DNA from: an uncultured Bacilli bacterium
Lineage (GTDB): Bacteria; Bacillota_I; Bacilli_A; RF39; UBA660
DNA: 55,026 nucleotides
Direction of reading: 5' to 3'
Assembly: GCA_947623685.1 (NCBI GenBank)
Contig: CANQHF010000006.1
Location: forward strand, 1 to 55,026
The position numbers were made by a program, and so were the translations under genes. Of this stretch, positions 9,666 to 20,360 are shown piece after piece; within the stretch, counting starts at the first letter, position 1; each line of letters opens with the position of its first letter. The notes beneath the pieces were generated by a model. The model saw nothing but the letters and a program-made list of their open reading frames with translations, was not told the origin of the DNA and did no database searches.

Positions 9666-10610
9666 ATGTTGATTATTAAAAAATTTATTGATGCGATTGA
9701 TAAGAAAAATGCTATAGAAATTTATGAATTTGCTTATCGCTATCAAAATAGGTTAAGTACTAATCAAATTAATGTTTTAGTAGATAAGTTAGTTTCATTT
9801 AAAGATACTAATTATGCTAATTTGTTTTTAAAAGATATTGATGATATTTCAACAGGTAGTATAAGCAAACTAATAAATGTTTGTTTAGAATCTCCAAATG
9901 ATATAATTAACGTTATAAAAAACGTTGATAAAAAGAAATTATCCATAATCAATGCCGCAGATAAATTTGTTTGCAAAATGGTTAAATTTAATGATGTGTA
10001 TGAAACAATTTCTTTTGCGCAGGTAGCAAACGAAAAAGAATTATTAAATAAGACTCATTTAGATAAGCTAACCGAAATGGTTTGTTTATCAAAAGATGCT
10101 TATGCTATTTCAAGATATGCGTGTGATATTGAAACTTTAGATGAAGATAATTTATTTAAATTATGTACATCACTAATTAAATTAAACAATCCAGAACGTA
10201 TGTTTATATTTGCTAAAAATGCAAAAAACGTTAATACAAAAATGATTATTATGTTATATATTGCAATAATATCTACTAAAAACTTAAAATACATTGATAA
10301 ATATGAACGCAACTGCTTAAAAAGATTTGATATTATAACTTTAAGTGATTTTAAGAAACAAATTTTTGAAACTAACGATAAAAACGTAATTGCGTGGTAT
10401 TTAGTAAAAACAAATGATAAAAATTTAATTAACCAAATATATGGTAATGTAGATAACTTTATTATTTATTGTTTAGTTAATATAAATAATTTATTTATTA
10501 AAACTGATGATTTACTTAATTTAGTAGATATTGATCATTTTAATTTTATTGATGATAATATTAAAAAATATAACAATTCAAAACTATTAGATAAAAAAGG
10601 CCTTGTATAA
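9666..10610 (+). CDS. Hypothetical protein, probably helical repeats
   Basis: 314-aa ORF with RBS AAGGAAG and TTGACA-16-TATAAT promoter at 9611-9638; no family recognised. Confidence 0.7.
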   Translation: MLIIKKFIDAIDKKNAIEIYEFAYRYQNRLSTNQINVLVDKLVSFKDTNYANLFLKDIDDISTGSISKLINVCLESPNDIINVIKNVDKKKLSIINAADKFVCKMVKFNDVYETISFAQVANEKELLNKTHLDKLTEMVCLSKDAYAISRYACDIETLDEDNLFKLCTSLIKLNNPERMFIFAKNAKNVNTKMIIMLYIAIISTKNLKYIDKYERNCLKRFDIITLSDFKKQIFETNDKNVIAWYLVKTNDKNLINQIYGNVDNFIIYCLVNINNLFIKTDDLLNLVDIDHFNFIDDNIKKYNNSKLLDKKGLV

Positions 10611-10657
10611 AGACTTTTTTTTAATTATTTGATATAATTATATATAGGTGATTTAAG

Positions 10658-13213
10658 TTGAAACGTAGTGAAGTAGATAGACAAAAAGTAAGTCCTATGA
10701 TGAGACAATATTTAGAAACTAAAGATAATTATGAAGACGTAATTCTTTTTTATAGAATTGGGGATTTTTATGAGATGTTTTTTGAAGACGCCATAAATGT
10801 CTCAAAAGAACTAGAACTTACCTTAACTGGAAAAAACGCTGGTTTAAGTGAAAGAATACCGATGTGCGGGGTTCCACATCATGCGGTTAATATTTACTTA
10901 GATAAATTGATTGAAAAAGGTTATAAAGTAGCAATATGTGATCAAGTAGAAGATCCAAAAGATGCTAAAGGTATTGTAAAAAGAAGCGTTGTAAGAATAG
11001 TATCTAAAGGTACGGTTATGTCCGATGATTTATTAGATTCTAAATCAAATAATTTCATTGGAGCCATAAAGGATATGGGTCATTGTTTTTCACTATCATA
11101 CGTTGATTTATCAACGGGTGAGTTTTATGCAGTATTAGTTGAATATGAATTAGATAAAATAATTAACGAAATAGTAAATGATAACATTACTGAATTAGTG
11201 GTAAATGGATCCATTGACGCTAGAATAACTAATGCGATTAAGAATAAATATAACGTTGTAATTTCTTATGAAGATGAGACAAATGAATTATCAGAGTATA
11301 AAAATCTTTATAAAGATATATCAGACGTAAGATTAATTGCAAGTATTGTAACATTATTAAATTATTTATCAAAAACACAAAAACGTAGTTTAGAACATTT
11401 ACAAAAAGTAATAAAAAAGGATTATAATACTTATTTAAAAATGGATATTCATACTAAAAGAAACCTTGAATTAATTGAAAATTTAAGATTAAAAGATAGA
11501 ACTTATTCACTATTATGGGTTTTGGATAAAACAAAAACCGCAATGGGATCAAGAATGTTAAAAAGTATGATTGAAAACCCATTAGTTGATAAAAAAGAAA
11601 TAGAAAAAAGACACGATATGGTATCTAAATTATTAGAACAATTCTTAATAAAGGACGAAATAAAGGATTTATTAAACGAAGTATATGATTTAGAAAGACT
11701 TGCTGGTAGAATTTCCTTTGGTAATGCTAATGCAAGAGATTTATTACAATTAAAATCATCTTTAAAAATTCTTCCTAGATTAAAAGAAATAGTAAGTGAT
11801 TTAAAATTTGATTTATTAATTGATGATTTAAAAGAAGGCTATGACTTATTAGATAAAAGTATTTATGAAAATCCACCAATTACTTTAAAAGAAGGATATT
11901 TAATTAAAGAAGGTTATAATAAAGAGCTTGATGAATTGAAATTAGCAAGAAGTGGTGGTAAGGATTTTATTGCAAAACTAGAAGAAGAAGAGAAAAAAAG
12001 AACTGGAATTAAAAACTTAAAAGTAGGTTATAACAGGGTATTTGGTTATTATATTGAAGTATCGAAGGCAAATAGCAAACAAGTAAAAGAAGAATTTGGA
12101 TGGGAAAGAAGACAAACGCTTGCCAATAACGAAAGGTTTATTACTCCAGAATTAAAAGAAAAAGAATCTTTGGTTTTATCATCCGAAGAAAAAATAATTA
12201 ATTTGGAATATGCTTTGTTTACTAAGGTAAGATGTGAAATTAAAAAATTAATTCCGTCCATTCAGTTAACCGCTAAGTCACTTGCTAAATTAGATGTTAT
12301 GCAATCATTTGCAACCGTTAGTGAAACAAATAATTACGTAAGACCTATTTTTACGGATAACAAAGAAGTAAGAATAATAAACGCAAGACACCCAGTTGTT
12401 GAAAAGGTACTAGATAATGATTTTGTTTCAAATGATATTATATTTAATAAAGATGTTTATTTGCAAATAATAACTGGTCCTAATATGGCTGGTAAATCTA
12501 CTTATTTAAGACAAATGGCAATGATTGTTATTATGGCTCAAATTGGGTGTTTTGTTCCGGCGGATGAGGCTATTTTACCAATTTTTGATAAAATATTTAC
12601 AAGAATTGGGGCATCAGATGATTTAGTATCTGGCGAATCCACTTTTATGGTTGAAATGAAAGAAGCAAATCGTGCAATTTGTGATGCAACCGAAAATAGT
12701 TTAATATTATTTGATGAATTAGGCCGTGGTACCGCAACTTATGATGGTATTTCGCTTGCTCAATCAATAATTGAATACATTCACGATAATATAAAAGCAA
12801 TAACACTTTTTTCAACTCATTATCATGAACTTACCGCCCTTGAAAACACTAAAAAGCATATTAGAAATTTACATGTTTCAGCACACGAAGAAAATGGTGT
12901 AATTACATTTTTGCATAAGGTAAAAGAAGGAAGTATTGATAAAAGTTATGGTATACATGTTGCTAAACTTGCTAATTTACCTGATTCATTAATAAAAAGA
13001 GCAAGTGAAATATTAAATACGTATGAAAACGCTTTTAATAAACACGAAGTTGTAAGTCAAATAAGTATGAATTTTGAAGATAATGAACAAAAGGATAGTA
13101 AATATGATATAATTAAAAAGAAGCTTGATTGTATAAATCCGCTTGAAATATCTCCGATGGATGCATTAAACGTAATTTATGATTTAAAAAAAGATTTGGA
13201 TAAAAAGGATTAG
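10658..13213 (+). CDS. mutS: DNA mismatch repair protein MutS
   Basis: SPMMRQY, GDFYEMF, PMCGVPHH, TGPNMAGKS, STFMVEM, DELGRGT, THYHEL, SYGIHVA. Confidence 0.98.
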   Translation: MKRSEVDRQKVSPMMRQYLETKDNYEDVILFYRIGDFYEMFFEDAINVSKELELTLTGKNAGLSERIPMCGVPHHAVNIYLDKLIEKGYKVAICDQVEDPKDAKGIVKRSVVRIVSKGTVMSDDLLDSKSNNFIGAIKDMGHCFSLSYVDLSTGEFYAVLVEYELDKIINEIVNDNITELVVNGSIDARITNAIKNKYNVVISYEDETNELSEYKNLYKDISDVRLIASIVTLLNYLSKTQKRSLEHLQKVIKKDYNTYLKMDIHTKRNLELIENLRLKDRTYSLLWVLDKTKTAMGSRMLKSMIENPLVDKKEIEKRHDMVSKLLEQFLIKDEIKDLLNEVYDLERLAGRISFGNANARDLLQLKSSLKILPRLKEIVSDLKFDLLIDDLKEGYDLLDKSIYENPPITLKEGYLIKEGYNKELDELKLARSGGKDFIAKLEEEEKKRTGIKNLKVGYNRVFGYYIEVSKANSKQVKEEFGWERRQTLANNERFITPELKEKESLVLSSEEKIINLEYALFTKVRCEIKKLIPSIQLTAKSLAKLDVMQSFATVSETNNYVRPIFTDNKEVRIINARHPVVEKVLDNDFVSNDIIFNKDVYLQIITGPNMAGKSTYLRQMAMIVIMAQIGCFVPADEAILPIFDKIFTRIGASDDLVSGESTFMVEMKEANRAICDATENSLILFDELGRGTATYDGISLAQSIIEYIHDNIKAITLFSTHYHELTALENTKKHIRNLHVSAHEENGVITFLHKVKEGSIDKSYGIHVAKLANLPDSLIKRASEILNTYENAFNKHEVVSQISMNFEDNEQKDSKYDIIKKKLDCINPLEISPMDALNVIYDLKKDLDKKD

Positions 13214-14083
13214 GTGATGATAATGGATAATGAACAAGATTCAAAAGATATTAAAATTCCTATAAAGGCAATTGTTGAAAACGCTGTTATAACTAATGGT
13301 GCAAGATATGAAGAAGATGAATTTAATCTTTTAAGAAAATACTTTATTGCTTGTTTAAATTTAGGTTTTATGGAACCTAAAGATTTAGTTCCAATGGTTA
13401 ATAAATTTGCTTCAAAAATAAAATTAATCGTTCTTAATTATGGTAATGTTAACAAAATGGACTATTATGTTATAAATAATGGTGTTTTGTATATTAATGG
13501 AGCATTAAAAGACCATAATCCTATGTTTTACGAAATAAATTATTATAAAGCGGTTACCGAAGTGATTTTTCAAGCTAATGATACACACATATCAATTGCA
13601 AACGCTCTTTGCAATATGGCGGCCGAAAAAATATATAACATGGATACGTTAGCATCTAGAATAGTTATGCCAAAAACTGATACTGAAATGTTAAATAATA
13701 CTCAAATTCAAATAAGAGCAGGATATAATAATTATAATTTAATTATATCTTTATTAAAACAATTATTTATATGCAAAAAAATAAATGAAAACATAGTTTT
13801 ACATGATATGTATTTTGAAGGTTATGATAACGTTATAAATGGTTTATTTAAGGATGATAATTGTAAATTATTAATTGAAGTGTTAGATAAATTATGCATA
13901 ATGTACATTCAAAGAAAAGTTATGAATAAACCAAATCCTAATGAAAAAGCTTTACTTGATAAGTATCAAATAATAATAAATGATATGTTTACTAAAATGG
14001 ATCAAAATTATTTCGCATTTTGTGCCCTTATTACAACTGATGAATTAAGAGAAAAATGTATGATGAAATTTGATGGTAAATAA
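13214..14083 (+). CDS. Hypothetical protein
   Basis: 289-aa ORF abutting the mutS stop, apparently operonic with nusB. Confidence 0.7.
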   Translation: MMIMDNEQDSKDIKIPIKAIVENAVITNGARYEEDEFNLLRKYFIACLNLGFMEPKDLVPMVNKFASKIKLIVLNYGNVNKMDYYVINNGVLYINGALKDHNPMFYEINYYKAVTEVIFQANDTHISIANALCNMAAEKIYNMDTLASRIVMPKTDTEMLNNTQIQIRAGYNNYNLIISLLKQLFICKKINENIVLHDMYFEGYDNVINGLFKDDNCKLLIEVLDKLCIMYIQRKVMNKPNPNEKALLDKYQIIINDMFTKMDQNYFAFCALITTDELREKCMMKFDGK

Positions 14084-14107
14084 TAATATAAACGGTGGTG
14101 ATTTTTC

Positions 14108-14506
14108 GTGAACAGAAATGAATCAAGAGTGGTTATTATGACCATTTTATATCAAATATTTATGTATGATAAAAGTAAAATTAAGTATAACATCGATGAT
14201 GTAATAAACGAAAATTTAAAAATAGATAATGACTTTGTAAAAGAAATGGTAAAAGGTGTTATAAATAAAAAAAAGGACATCGAAAAATATGCCAATAATC
14301 TTTTAAAAGATTGGAAAATGTCAAGGTTAGGACTTACTGACCAAGCAATATTATCGCTTGGATTATATGAGCTTTTATACACTGATACACCTGATGTTGT
14401 AGCGATTAATGAAGCAATTGAACTTGCTAAAAAATATTCAGATGAAAAAGTTAAAAACATAATAAACGGAGTACTTGATAAAGTATACCACGAAAAAATA
14501 GATTAA
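14108..14506 (+). CDS. nusB: Transcription antitermination factor NusB
   Basis: R..SR...LYQ, WKMSRL, INEAIELAKKYS, INGVLD. Confidence 0.95.
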   Translation: MNRNESRVVIMTILYQIFMYDKSKIKYNIDDVINENLKIDNDFVKEMVKGVINKKKDIEKYANNLLKDWKMSRLGLTDQAILSLGLYELLYTDTPDVVAINEAIELAKKYSDEKVKNIINGVLDKVYHEKID

Positions 14507-14542
14507 AGTGCAAGAACACTTTTTCTTTTTTTGGGAGGAGTT

Positions 14543-15196
14543 ATGAATAATAAAAAACTTGTTATATTTGATTGGGGCGGAGTAATAGAAAGTCATTATG
14601 ATAGAAATTACCCCGTTAGTAAAGCGATTGTAAGTCTAATTCGAAAGTATACAAATAAATACGATAATGATGAAATAATTAAAATATATTCTTCTTGTGC
14701 ATTTGATGAAAATAATATAGAAATAGGAACAATAAATAAAATTGATGGCATATATGCGTGGATAGATAGATTAAAAGAGGCTTTTGATTTTGAAACTACC
14801 TATGACGATTTTTTAGAAAATTATAAGCGAGAACACAATAAAATTTACTCATATCAAAACGTTGTTAGTTTTATTAAATCCATTAAAGTTAAATGTAAAA
14901 TAGCGATTTTATCTAATCTTATGCTTATTGATAAGGAAAGAATAGATAAACATGTAAAATTATCTGATTTTGATTATGTATGGCTTTCGTTTGAGTTAGA
15001 ACTTAAAAAACCAGATTATAAAATATATAAAAAGGTTGAAGAAGATTGTGGTTATGAGCCTAAAAACATTTTATTTATTGATGATACAAAAGAAAACATA
15101 GAAGAAGCTAAAAAAAGAGGATGGAATACATGTATGGCAACTGGAAATGACCTAAATAAAATAAAACAAGCAGTTGATAATTTCCTAAATATGTGA
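14543..15196 (+). CDS. HAD-superfamily hydrolase (subfamily IA)
   Basis: IFDWGGV, ILSN, KPD, FIDD motifs; start moved to ATG behind GGAGGAG. Confidence 0.88.
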   Translation: MNNKKLVIFDWGGVIESHYDRNYPVSKAIVSLIRKYTNKYDNDEIIKIYSSCAFDENNIEIGTINKIDGIYAWIDRLKEAFDFETTYDDFLENYKREHNKIYSYQNVVSFIKSIKVKCKIAILSNLMLIDKERIDKHVKLSDFDYVWLSFELELKKPDYKIYKKVEEDCGYEPKNILFIDDTKENIEEAKKRGWNTCMATGNDLNKIKQAVDNFLNM

Positions 15197-15228
15197 TACA
15201 GTACTCACTACAAATGAGGTGAATTTAT

Positions 15229-15870
15229 ATGAAATTAAAAATCGATTATGACTTAATGAATAAAATAAGACATTCTAAAGAAGGAATTAAGGCAAGTGAA
15301 TTTTTTTTAAGTACATTAAAAAAGTCTTTTCCACCAACACATATATTTAATTTTTCTGTTTTTGTTTATGATTTATTTGATATTATTAAATATAGTATTG
15401 ATAAAAATGTAAATATAAAACGTTCTGTAATATTAGTAGATTTTTTTGTAACTCTTCTTACGTTTTCAGGCTATTCTTTCATTTATATGTTCTGTTCTTT
15501 ATGTATGAAAAAATATAAAGATATAATAATAAATGAGGCCACAATTGATTTGCAACAACTTGCAAGCCAATTAATAGCCTTAGAGGTTAAAACATCAGCT
15601 GAGTTATTGCAAGAAAGTAAGATTAATCAAATAAATTATAAAATTAAATTTGTTGATGAAGATATAAATAGTAAACAAATGAAAAAAATTTTGAATCGTG
15701 ATAAAATTAAAATACCAATATTAAAACAATATAAATATATTGATATTCCATTAGATAATGGATATGAAGAAACATTATTACAAGAGCATACATTTGGAGA
15801 TAAATATTATGAATTATCTGTTAATGAACCAGATAAAAAGGTTAATATGAGACTAGTAAAACAAATGTAA
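15229..15870 (+). CDS. Hypothetical membrane-associated protein
   Basis: 213-aa ORF, RBS GAGGTGA, hydrophobic segment in the middle. Confidence 0.65.
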   Translation: MKLKIDYDLMNKIRHSKEGIKASEFFLSTLKKSFPPTHIFNFSVFVYDLFDIIKYSIDKNVNIKRSVILVDFFVTLLTFSGYSFIYMFCSLCMKKYKDIIINEATIDLQQLASQLIALEVKTSAELLQESKINQINYKIKFVDEDINSKQMKKILNRDKIKIPILKQYKYIDIPLDNGYEETLLQEHTFGDKYYELSVNEPDKKVNMRLVKQM

Positions 15871-15974
15871 AAGATCTTATATATTTTTTATTTTAAAAAA
15901 AATTATACTATATATGCTAATAATTATTATGAAAGACTTAATTCTTGGATAATTACTTTCCATCAAATATAAAA

Positions 15975-16006
15975 GAAAAGGCATGCCTTAGTGGTATGCC
16001 TTTTTC
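15975..16006. terminator. Bidirectional intrinsic terminator
   Basis: GAAAAGGCATGCC-TTAGT-GGTATGCCTTTTTC between convergent genes. Confidence 0.75.
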
Positions 16007-16091
16007 ATTAAAGATTAATAAAAAGCGTGCTAATCTTAATTTAGGTTCTTTCGTTAATTAAATTTTATAATAATATTTATTATATGTAAAC

Positions 16092-16868
16092 TTATTTTTT
16101 TACTATGTCTAAAACGTGGCTTGATGCTCCTAACAATTCTTTTTTTTCACAAGTTGATAAGTGATATTTAATATATATATCAAATGTTTCTTGATCCATT
16201 TTATTTATTATTTTTCTAATGTAATCAGATGGACCATCTTGAGAAAGTATTTTAATTCTTTTTAAATTAGTAATATCATTTAATTCATCAATATCTTCTA
16301 ATCTTACCATACTATATAAATCAGTTTCTTTAGGTGTTATATGGAAATTTTTATCAACCTCATTATTTTTAATAGCATCTTTTATATTATTATCTTTAAA
16401 TCCATGAGTGATAATTGCGTATTCATTCATATAATAACTAATTAATATATACCCGTTAGGTTTAACGATTCTTTTAGCTTCCATTAAAGCCTTTAGTTTA
16501 TCTTCCTTACTAATTAAATGATATAATGGTCCAAATAAAAGTACCATATCAAATGAATTATCACTAAATAAGGAAAGACTAGTGGCATTACCTAAATAAG
16601 CCTTAACAGAGCTATTTTTAGCTTTTAAAGTCATTAAATTATGTTTTACAAGCTCAATTGCAGTAACATCATATCCTTCATTAGCAAGAGCTACCGAATA
16701 GGCCCCAGTACCTGCTCCTATATCTATAATTTTAGGATTTTTAAAATTATTTAAATAATGATGAATATATTTCATCGCGGTTATAAATTCCACCATACCA
16801 TGCCTATGAGTTAGTCTTTTATCTTCATTAAACTTATTATAATAATTAATTAAATTTTTCTCGTTCAT
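16092..16868 (-). CDS. Class I SAM-dependent methyltransferase
   Basis: IIDIGAGTG motif I, FDMVLLFGPLYHL, RIVKPNG. Confidence 0.9.
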   Translation of the reverse strand: MNEKNLINYYNKFNEDKRLTHRHGMVEFITAMKYIHHYLNNFKNPKIIDIGAGTGAYSVALANEGYDVTAIELVKHNLMTLKAKNSSVKAYLGNATSLSLFSDNSFDMVLLFGPLYHLISKEDKLKALMEAKRIVKPNGYILISYYMNEYAIITHGFKDNNIKDAIKNNEVDKNFHITPKETDLYSMVRLEDIDELNDITNLKRIKILSQDGPSDYIRKIINKMDQETFDIYIKYHLSTCEKKELLGASSHVLDIVKK

Positions 16869-16922
16869 AATACCACCAAATATATAATATATTATTATTT
16901 AAAATTTATCAAATTTGAAACA

Positions 16923-16951
16923 TTGACATTGATATATAGTTAAAATATAAT
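16923..16951 (+). promoter_or_regulatory. Consensus sigma-A promoter
   Basis: TTGACA(16923)-17 nt-TATAAT(16946). Confidence 0.75.
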
Positions 16952-16982
16952 ATTTATATATATTTAAAAGGAGATTTTGGTA

Positions 16983-17549
16983 ATGGAAACTGTTATAAGT
17001 TGTAGCACAATAATAAAAAATAAAATAGATATATCAAAGTATGATGAAATTTCTAAATTTCACGAAGGATTATCAGCAGTTAGTTTAAATGGAAAATGGG
17101 GCTATATCAATAAAGAAGGGAAAGAAATAATAAAACCAATTTATGATGAGATAGATGATTTTCAAGATGATTTAATAGTAGTTAAATCATATAGAAAAAG
17201 AAAATATCGTGTAATATATGATGTAATAGATAAAGAAGGAAATCAAATAATAGATAATTGCACATTTGATTCAATTTCTATTAGTGATGGAATGATTATT
17301 TTTGATAATAAATATATGGTAGAAATAAAAACAATGGAATTGGCATATCTATTTAAATTATCATTAAATAACAAAACAATAGAAAAGGAATTTAATGATA
17401 AAAATAAAAGAGATAGATATATAAAGGAAATTGAAAAATATTTAAAAGAGATGGAAACAGAAAAAGAAAAGCAAATAACAAAGATTGAAAACTTTTACGT
17501 AGATAATGCACTAGAAAAAGTAAATAGTTATTATAAAAAGTATCAATAA
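16983..17549 (+). CDS. WG-repeat-containing protein
   Basis: FHEGLSAV..NGKWGYINKEGKEIIKPIYD repeat plus one degenerate copy; charged C-terminal helix. Confidence 0.75.
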   Translation: METVISCSTIIKNKIDISKYDEISKFHEGLSAVSLNGKWGYINKEGKEIIKPIYDEIDDFQDDLIVVKSYRKRKYRVIYDVIDKEGNQIIDNCTFDSISISDGMIIFDNKYMVEIKTMELAYLFKLSLNNKTIEKEFNDKNKRDRYIKEIEKYLKEMETEKEKQITKIENFYVDNALEKVNSYYKKYQ

Positions 17550-17804
17550 AGTATTTTAATTTGATGTACACTAATTATTAAACATTAATAAAAAATACGT
17601 ATATAAAAAGAGAAAAGTTATTTTTCTTTTTTTATTGACTTTTGTCTTCAATCTTGTTGTATTATAAAATAAAGTTCATTTATTTACAAGATGAATATAT
17701 CTTTGTAAAGATGTAATATTATTGCTGCATAATGTTTCTTTAATAAGTTTCTTGACATATTATGATAAAAAAATATATAATTGTAACAGTTTAGGAAATA
17801 TGTT

Positions 17805-18338
17805 ATGAAAAATTTTAGAAAAATGAAAATTATGAGAATGTTACTTAATATTTTTGGTATTTTTGTTGGAGCTTTAGTTTTATACGGAATATTATATTTT
17901 ATAATAACATTTATTTTTTGGAAACCTTTACGTGAACATAATAAAAATGAATTATTAAAAAAATTTATTGAAAACAAAGAGTATTTTTTAAATTGTACAA
18001 AAGAACTTAAAGACCATGAAGTAATTATAGATAAAAATTTATTAAATATTTCTGGTAGAATTCATAAAGAAAATAGTTCATCACCTAATGGAGTTTCAAT
18101 AATTGATATTAAAAGGAAAGATTTTAATAAATATAAAAATACTATTAAATTAATGAAGAAGATTAACTTACTAGAAATTACTAAAGATGGTGATAATATA
18201 GAATTTATGTATAAAACATCACATGGCCAAGGATTATGCATCGTATATATGAAAGATAAAAAACATTATATGCTTAATCATTATATTATACAAATGAAAC
18301 AAATAGAAAACGATTGGTACTATGTTGAGATAGAGTAA
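17805..18338 (+). CDS. Hypothetical single-pass membrane protein
   Basis: N-terminal TM; C-terminal ENDWYY; TTGACA-18-TATAAT upstream (17752-17781). Confidence 0.65.
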   Translation: MKNFRKMKIMRMLLNIFGIFVGALVLYGILYFIITFIFWKPLREHNKNELLKKFIENKEYFLNCTKELKDHEVIIDKNLLNISGRIHKENSSSPNGVSIIDIKRKDFNKYKNTIKLMKKINLLEITKDGDNIEFMYKTSHGQGLCIVYMKDKKHYMLNHYIIQMKQIENDWYYVEIE

Positions 18339-18486
18339 TTAACCACGTCTTTTAGGCGTGTTTTTTAATATGCTTATTTTTATTAATGGAACCTAGTTAG
18401 AACCCGCTTCATAATCTTAATACTTTTTTATTTGATTAACATATATAAAAATGGTACAATATACTTATGGAAAATAGGAGAAAAAA

Positions 18487-19755
18487 ATGGATGATAAATA
18501 TATTAGTGTAACAGCTTTAACTAGATATATTAAATATAAAATAGATAATGATAACCATTTACAGGAAGTTTATTTAAAGGGTGAAATATCTAATTTTAAA
18601 GCACATACTAGGGGTCATTATTATTTTACTATTAAGGATGAAAACGCTAGAATAAACGCCATTATGTTTAGTTTTAATGCATCAAAGTTAAAGTTTTTGC
18701 CGGAAGATGGAATGAAAGTGCTTGTTAAAGGAAAAATAAGTGTTTTTGAAGCTACTGGAAATTATCAAATATACGTTGAGCAAATGCAAGAAGATGGATT
18801 AGGAAATCTACATATTGCGTTTGAACAATTAAAGAAAAAGTTAGGAGATGAAGGATTATTTGATCCTAAGTATAAAAAAGAAATACCTAAAATACCAATG
18901 AGAGTAGGTATTATAACAGCTCCAACGGGAGCGGCGGTAAAGGATATATTATCAACCATTAAAAGAAGGTTTCCAATATGTAAAACGATTTTATTTCCTT
19001 GCTTAGTTCAAGGAGAACTTGCCAAGGATGACATCGTTAAAAAACTAGATATCGCTGATAATTATGATTTAGACGTAATAATACTTGGTCGTGGTGGTGG
19101 TTCTATTGAAGATTTATGGCCGTTTAATGAAGAAGCGGTTGCTCGTAAAATATTTTCTTGTAAAACACCAATAATAAGTGGGGTAGGCCATCAAATAGAT
19201 TTTACGATATGTGATTTTGTATCAGACGTAAGAGCGGAAACTCCAACGGGAGCAGCCGAAAGAGCAGTGCCAAAGTTAAGTGATTTAATGCTTGAAATAG
19301 AAAATTATAAGATAAGACTTACTAATAACATTAAGATGGTATTAGATAATAATAAATTAAGACTTAAAAAATTAAAAGAAAGTTATGTATTAAAAAATCC
19401 ACTTAGTTTGTATGAAATAAAAGAACAAAAACTAGATAACGTAATTGATAAATTAAATACTATGATTAATACTATATTATATACTAATAGATCAAAGCTA
19501 GAAATTATTGAAAATAGTATCATTTTTAAAGATCCAAGTATTTTATATGAAAATAAATTAAAAAGAACTAATCACTTAATTGAAAAACTAGAAATATTAA
19601 ATCCCTTAAGTGCTTTAAAAAGAGGTTATTCAATAGTAAAAAAGGGTAATAAATGTATTAGTAGTGTTGAAAATGTAAAAGTAAAAGATGAAATAGATAT
19701 AAATATAAAAGATGGAAATATAAAGGCTATGGTAATGGAGGTTAAAAATGGCTAA
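18487..19755 (+). CDS. xseA: Exodeoxyribonuclease VII large subunit
   Basis: GEISNF, GHYYF, TAPTGAA..D, RGGGSIEDLW.FN.E, LKRGYS. Confidence 0.96.
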   Translation: MDDKYISVTALTRYIKYKIDNDNHLQEVYLKGEISNFKAHTRGHYYFTIKDENARINAIMFSFNASKLKFLPEDGMKVLVKGKISVFEATGNYQIYVEQMQEDGLGNLHIAFEQLKKKLGDEGLFDPKYKKEIPKIPMRVGIITAPTGAAVKDILSTIKRRFPICKTILFPCLVQGELAKDDIVKKLDIADNYDLDVIILGRGGGSIEDLWPFNEEAVARKIFSCKTPIISGVGHQIDFTICDFVSDVRAETPTGAAERAVPKLSDLMLEIENYKIRLTNNIKMVLDNNKLRLKKLKESYVLKNPLSLYEIKEQKLDNVIDKLNTMINTILYTNRSKLEIIENSIIFKDPSILYENKLKRTNHLIEKLEILNPLSALKRGYSIVKKGNKCISSVENVKVKDEIDINIKDGNIKAMVMEVKNG

Positions 19756-19984
19756 AGAAGAAATAAAATTTGAAGATAAGTTAAATGAATTAGAAAAAAT
19801 GGTTTTAGAACTAGAAAAAGGAGATGTTAATTTAGATGATGCAATAGAAAAATATACAAAAGCAATGAAGCTTGCTAAAGAATGCTCAGAAAAATTAAAA
19901 ACGGCTGAAGAAAACGTAAATAAAATATTAACTGATGCTGGCAAAGAACTCGATTTTAAAGTGGAGGAAACAAATGAAGGGTAA
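19748..19984 (+). CDS. xseB: Exodeoxyribonuclease VII small subunit
   Basis: FE...ELE..V..LEKG...LDDA...Y; overlaps xseA. Confidence 0.93.
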   Translation: MAKEEIKFEDKLNELEKMVLELEKGDVNLDDAIEKYTKAMKLAKECSEKLKTAEENVNKILTDAGKELDFKVEETNEG

Positions 19985-20348
19985 ACACATACTTATTTTT
20001 ACGGTAATAGCTTTAATTATTGTTGCTATTTTATTATTAAAGGGTTTTGGTATAATAGGAAGTAAATTTAATTATGATAATTTAAGAATATACAAAAATA
20101 ATTCAATTATTTTATTAGCAAATCATGAAGATGAAAAGATAGTTAATTATTTAAAAAAAGAAAATTTTAAAAAAGTAGAAAGTAGTTGTACGTTAAAAAA
20201 TACTTATAAAATTAGTTTTGATAACGTTGAGCTATCATTTGATGATAATGATTGCGCTAGTTATTATAAAAATAATAAGACCAAGGAAAATCATTACACA
20301 AACATATCAAGTGAATTTAAAAATTATATAATTAATTTAGCAAATTAA
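19974..20348 (+). CDS. Hypothetical exported/membrane-anchored protein
   Basis: ATG 19974 behind GGAGG; N-terminal hydrophobic helix. Confidence 0.65.
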   Translation: MKGKHILIFTVIALIIVAILLLKGFGIIGSKFNYDNLRIYKNNSIILLANHEDEKIVNYLKKENFKKVESSCTLKNTYKISFDNVELSFDDNDCASYYKNNKTKENHYTNISSEFKNYIINLAN

Positions 20349-20360
20349 AAGGAGAAAATT

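Noticed and set aside
15928-15942. 15-nt identity (TATGAAAGACTTAAT) to the start of gene 32423-33070, and a possible sRNA in 15880-16090
   Set aside because: Matches of this length are expected by chance in 55 kb of such AT-rich DNA; there is no convincing structure beyond the terminator.
18385-18425. GAAC-containing sequence upstream of xseA as a LexA box or preQ1-like element
   Set aside because: It does not fit GAAC-N4-GTTC or a recognisable riboswitch fold.
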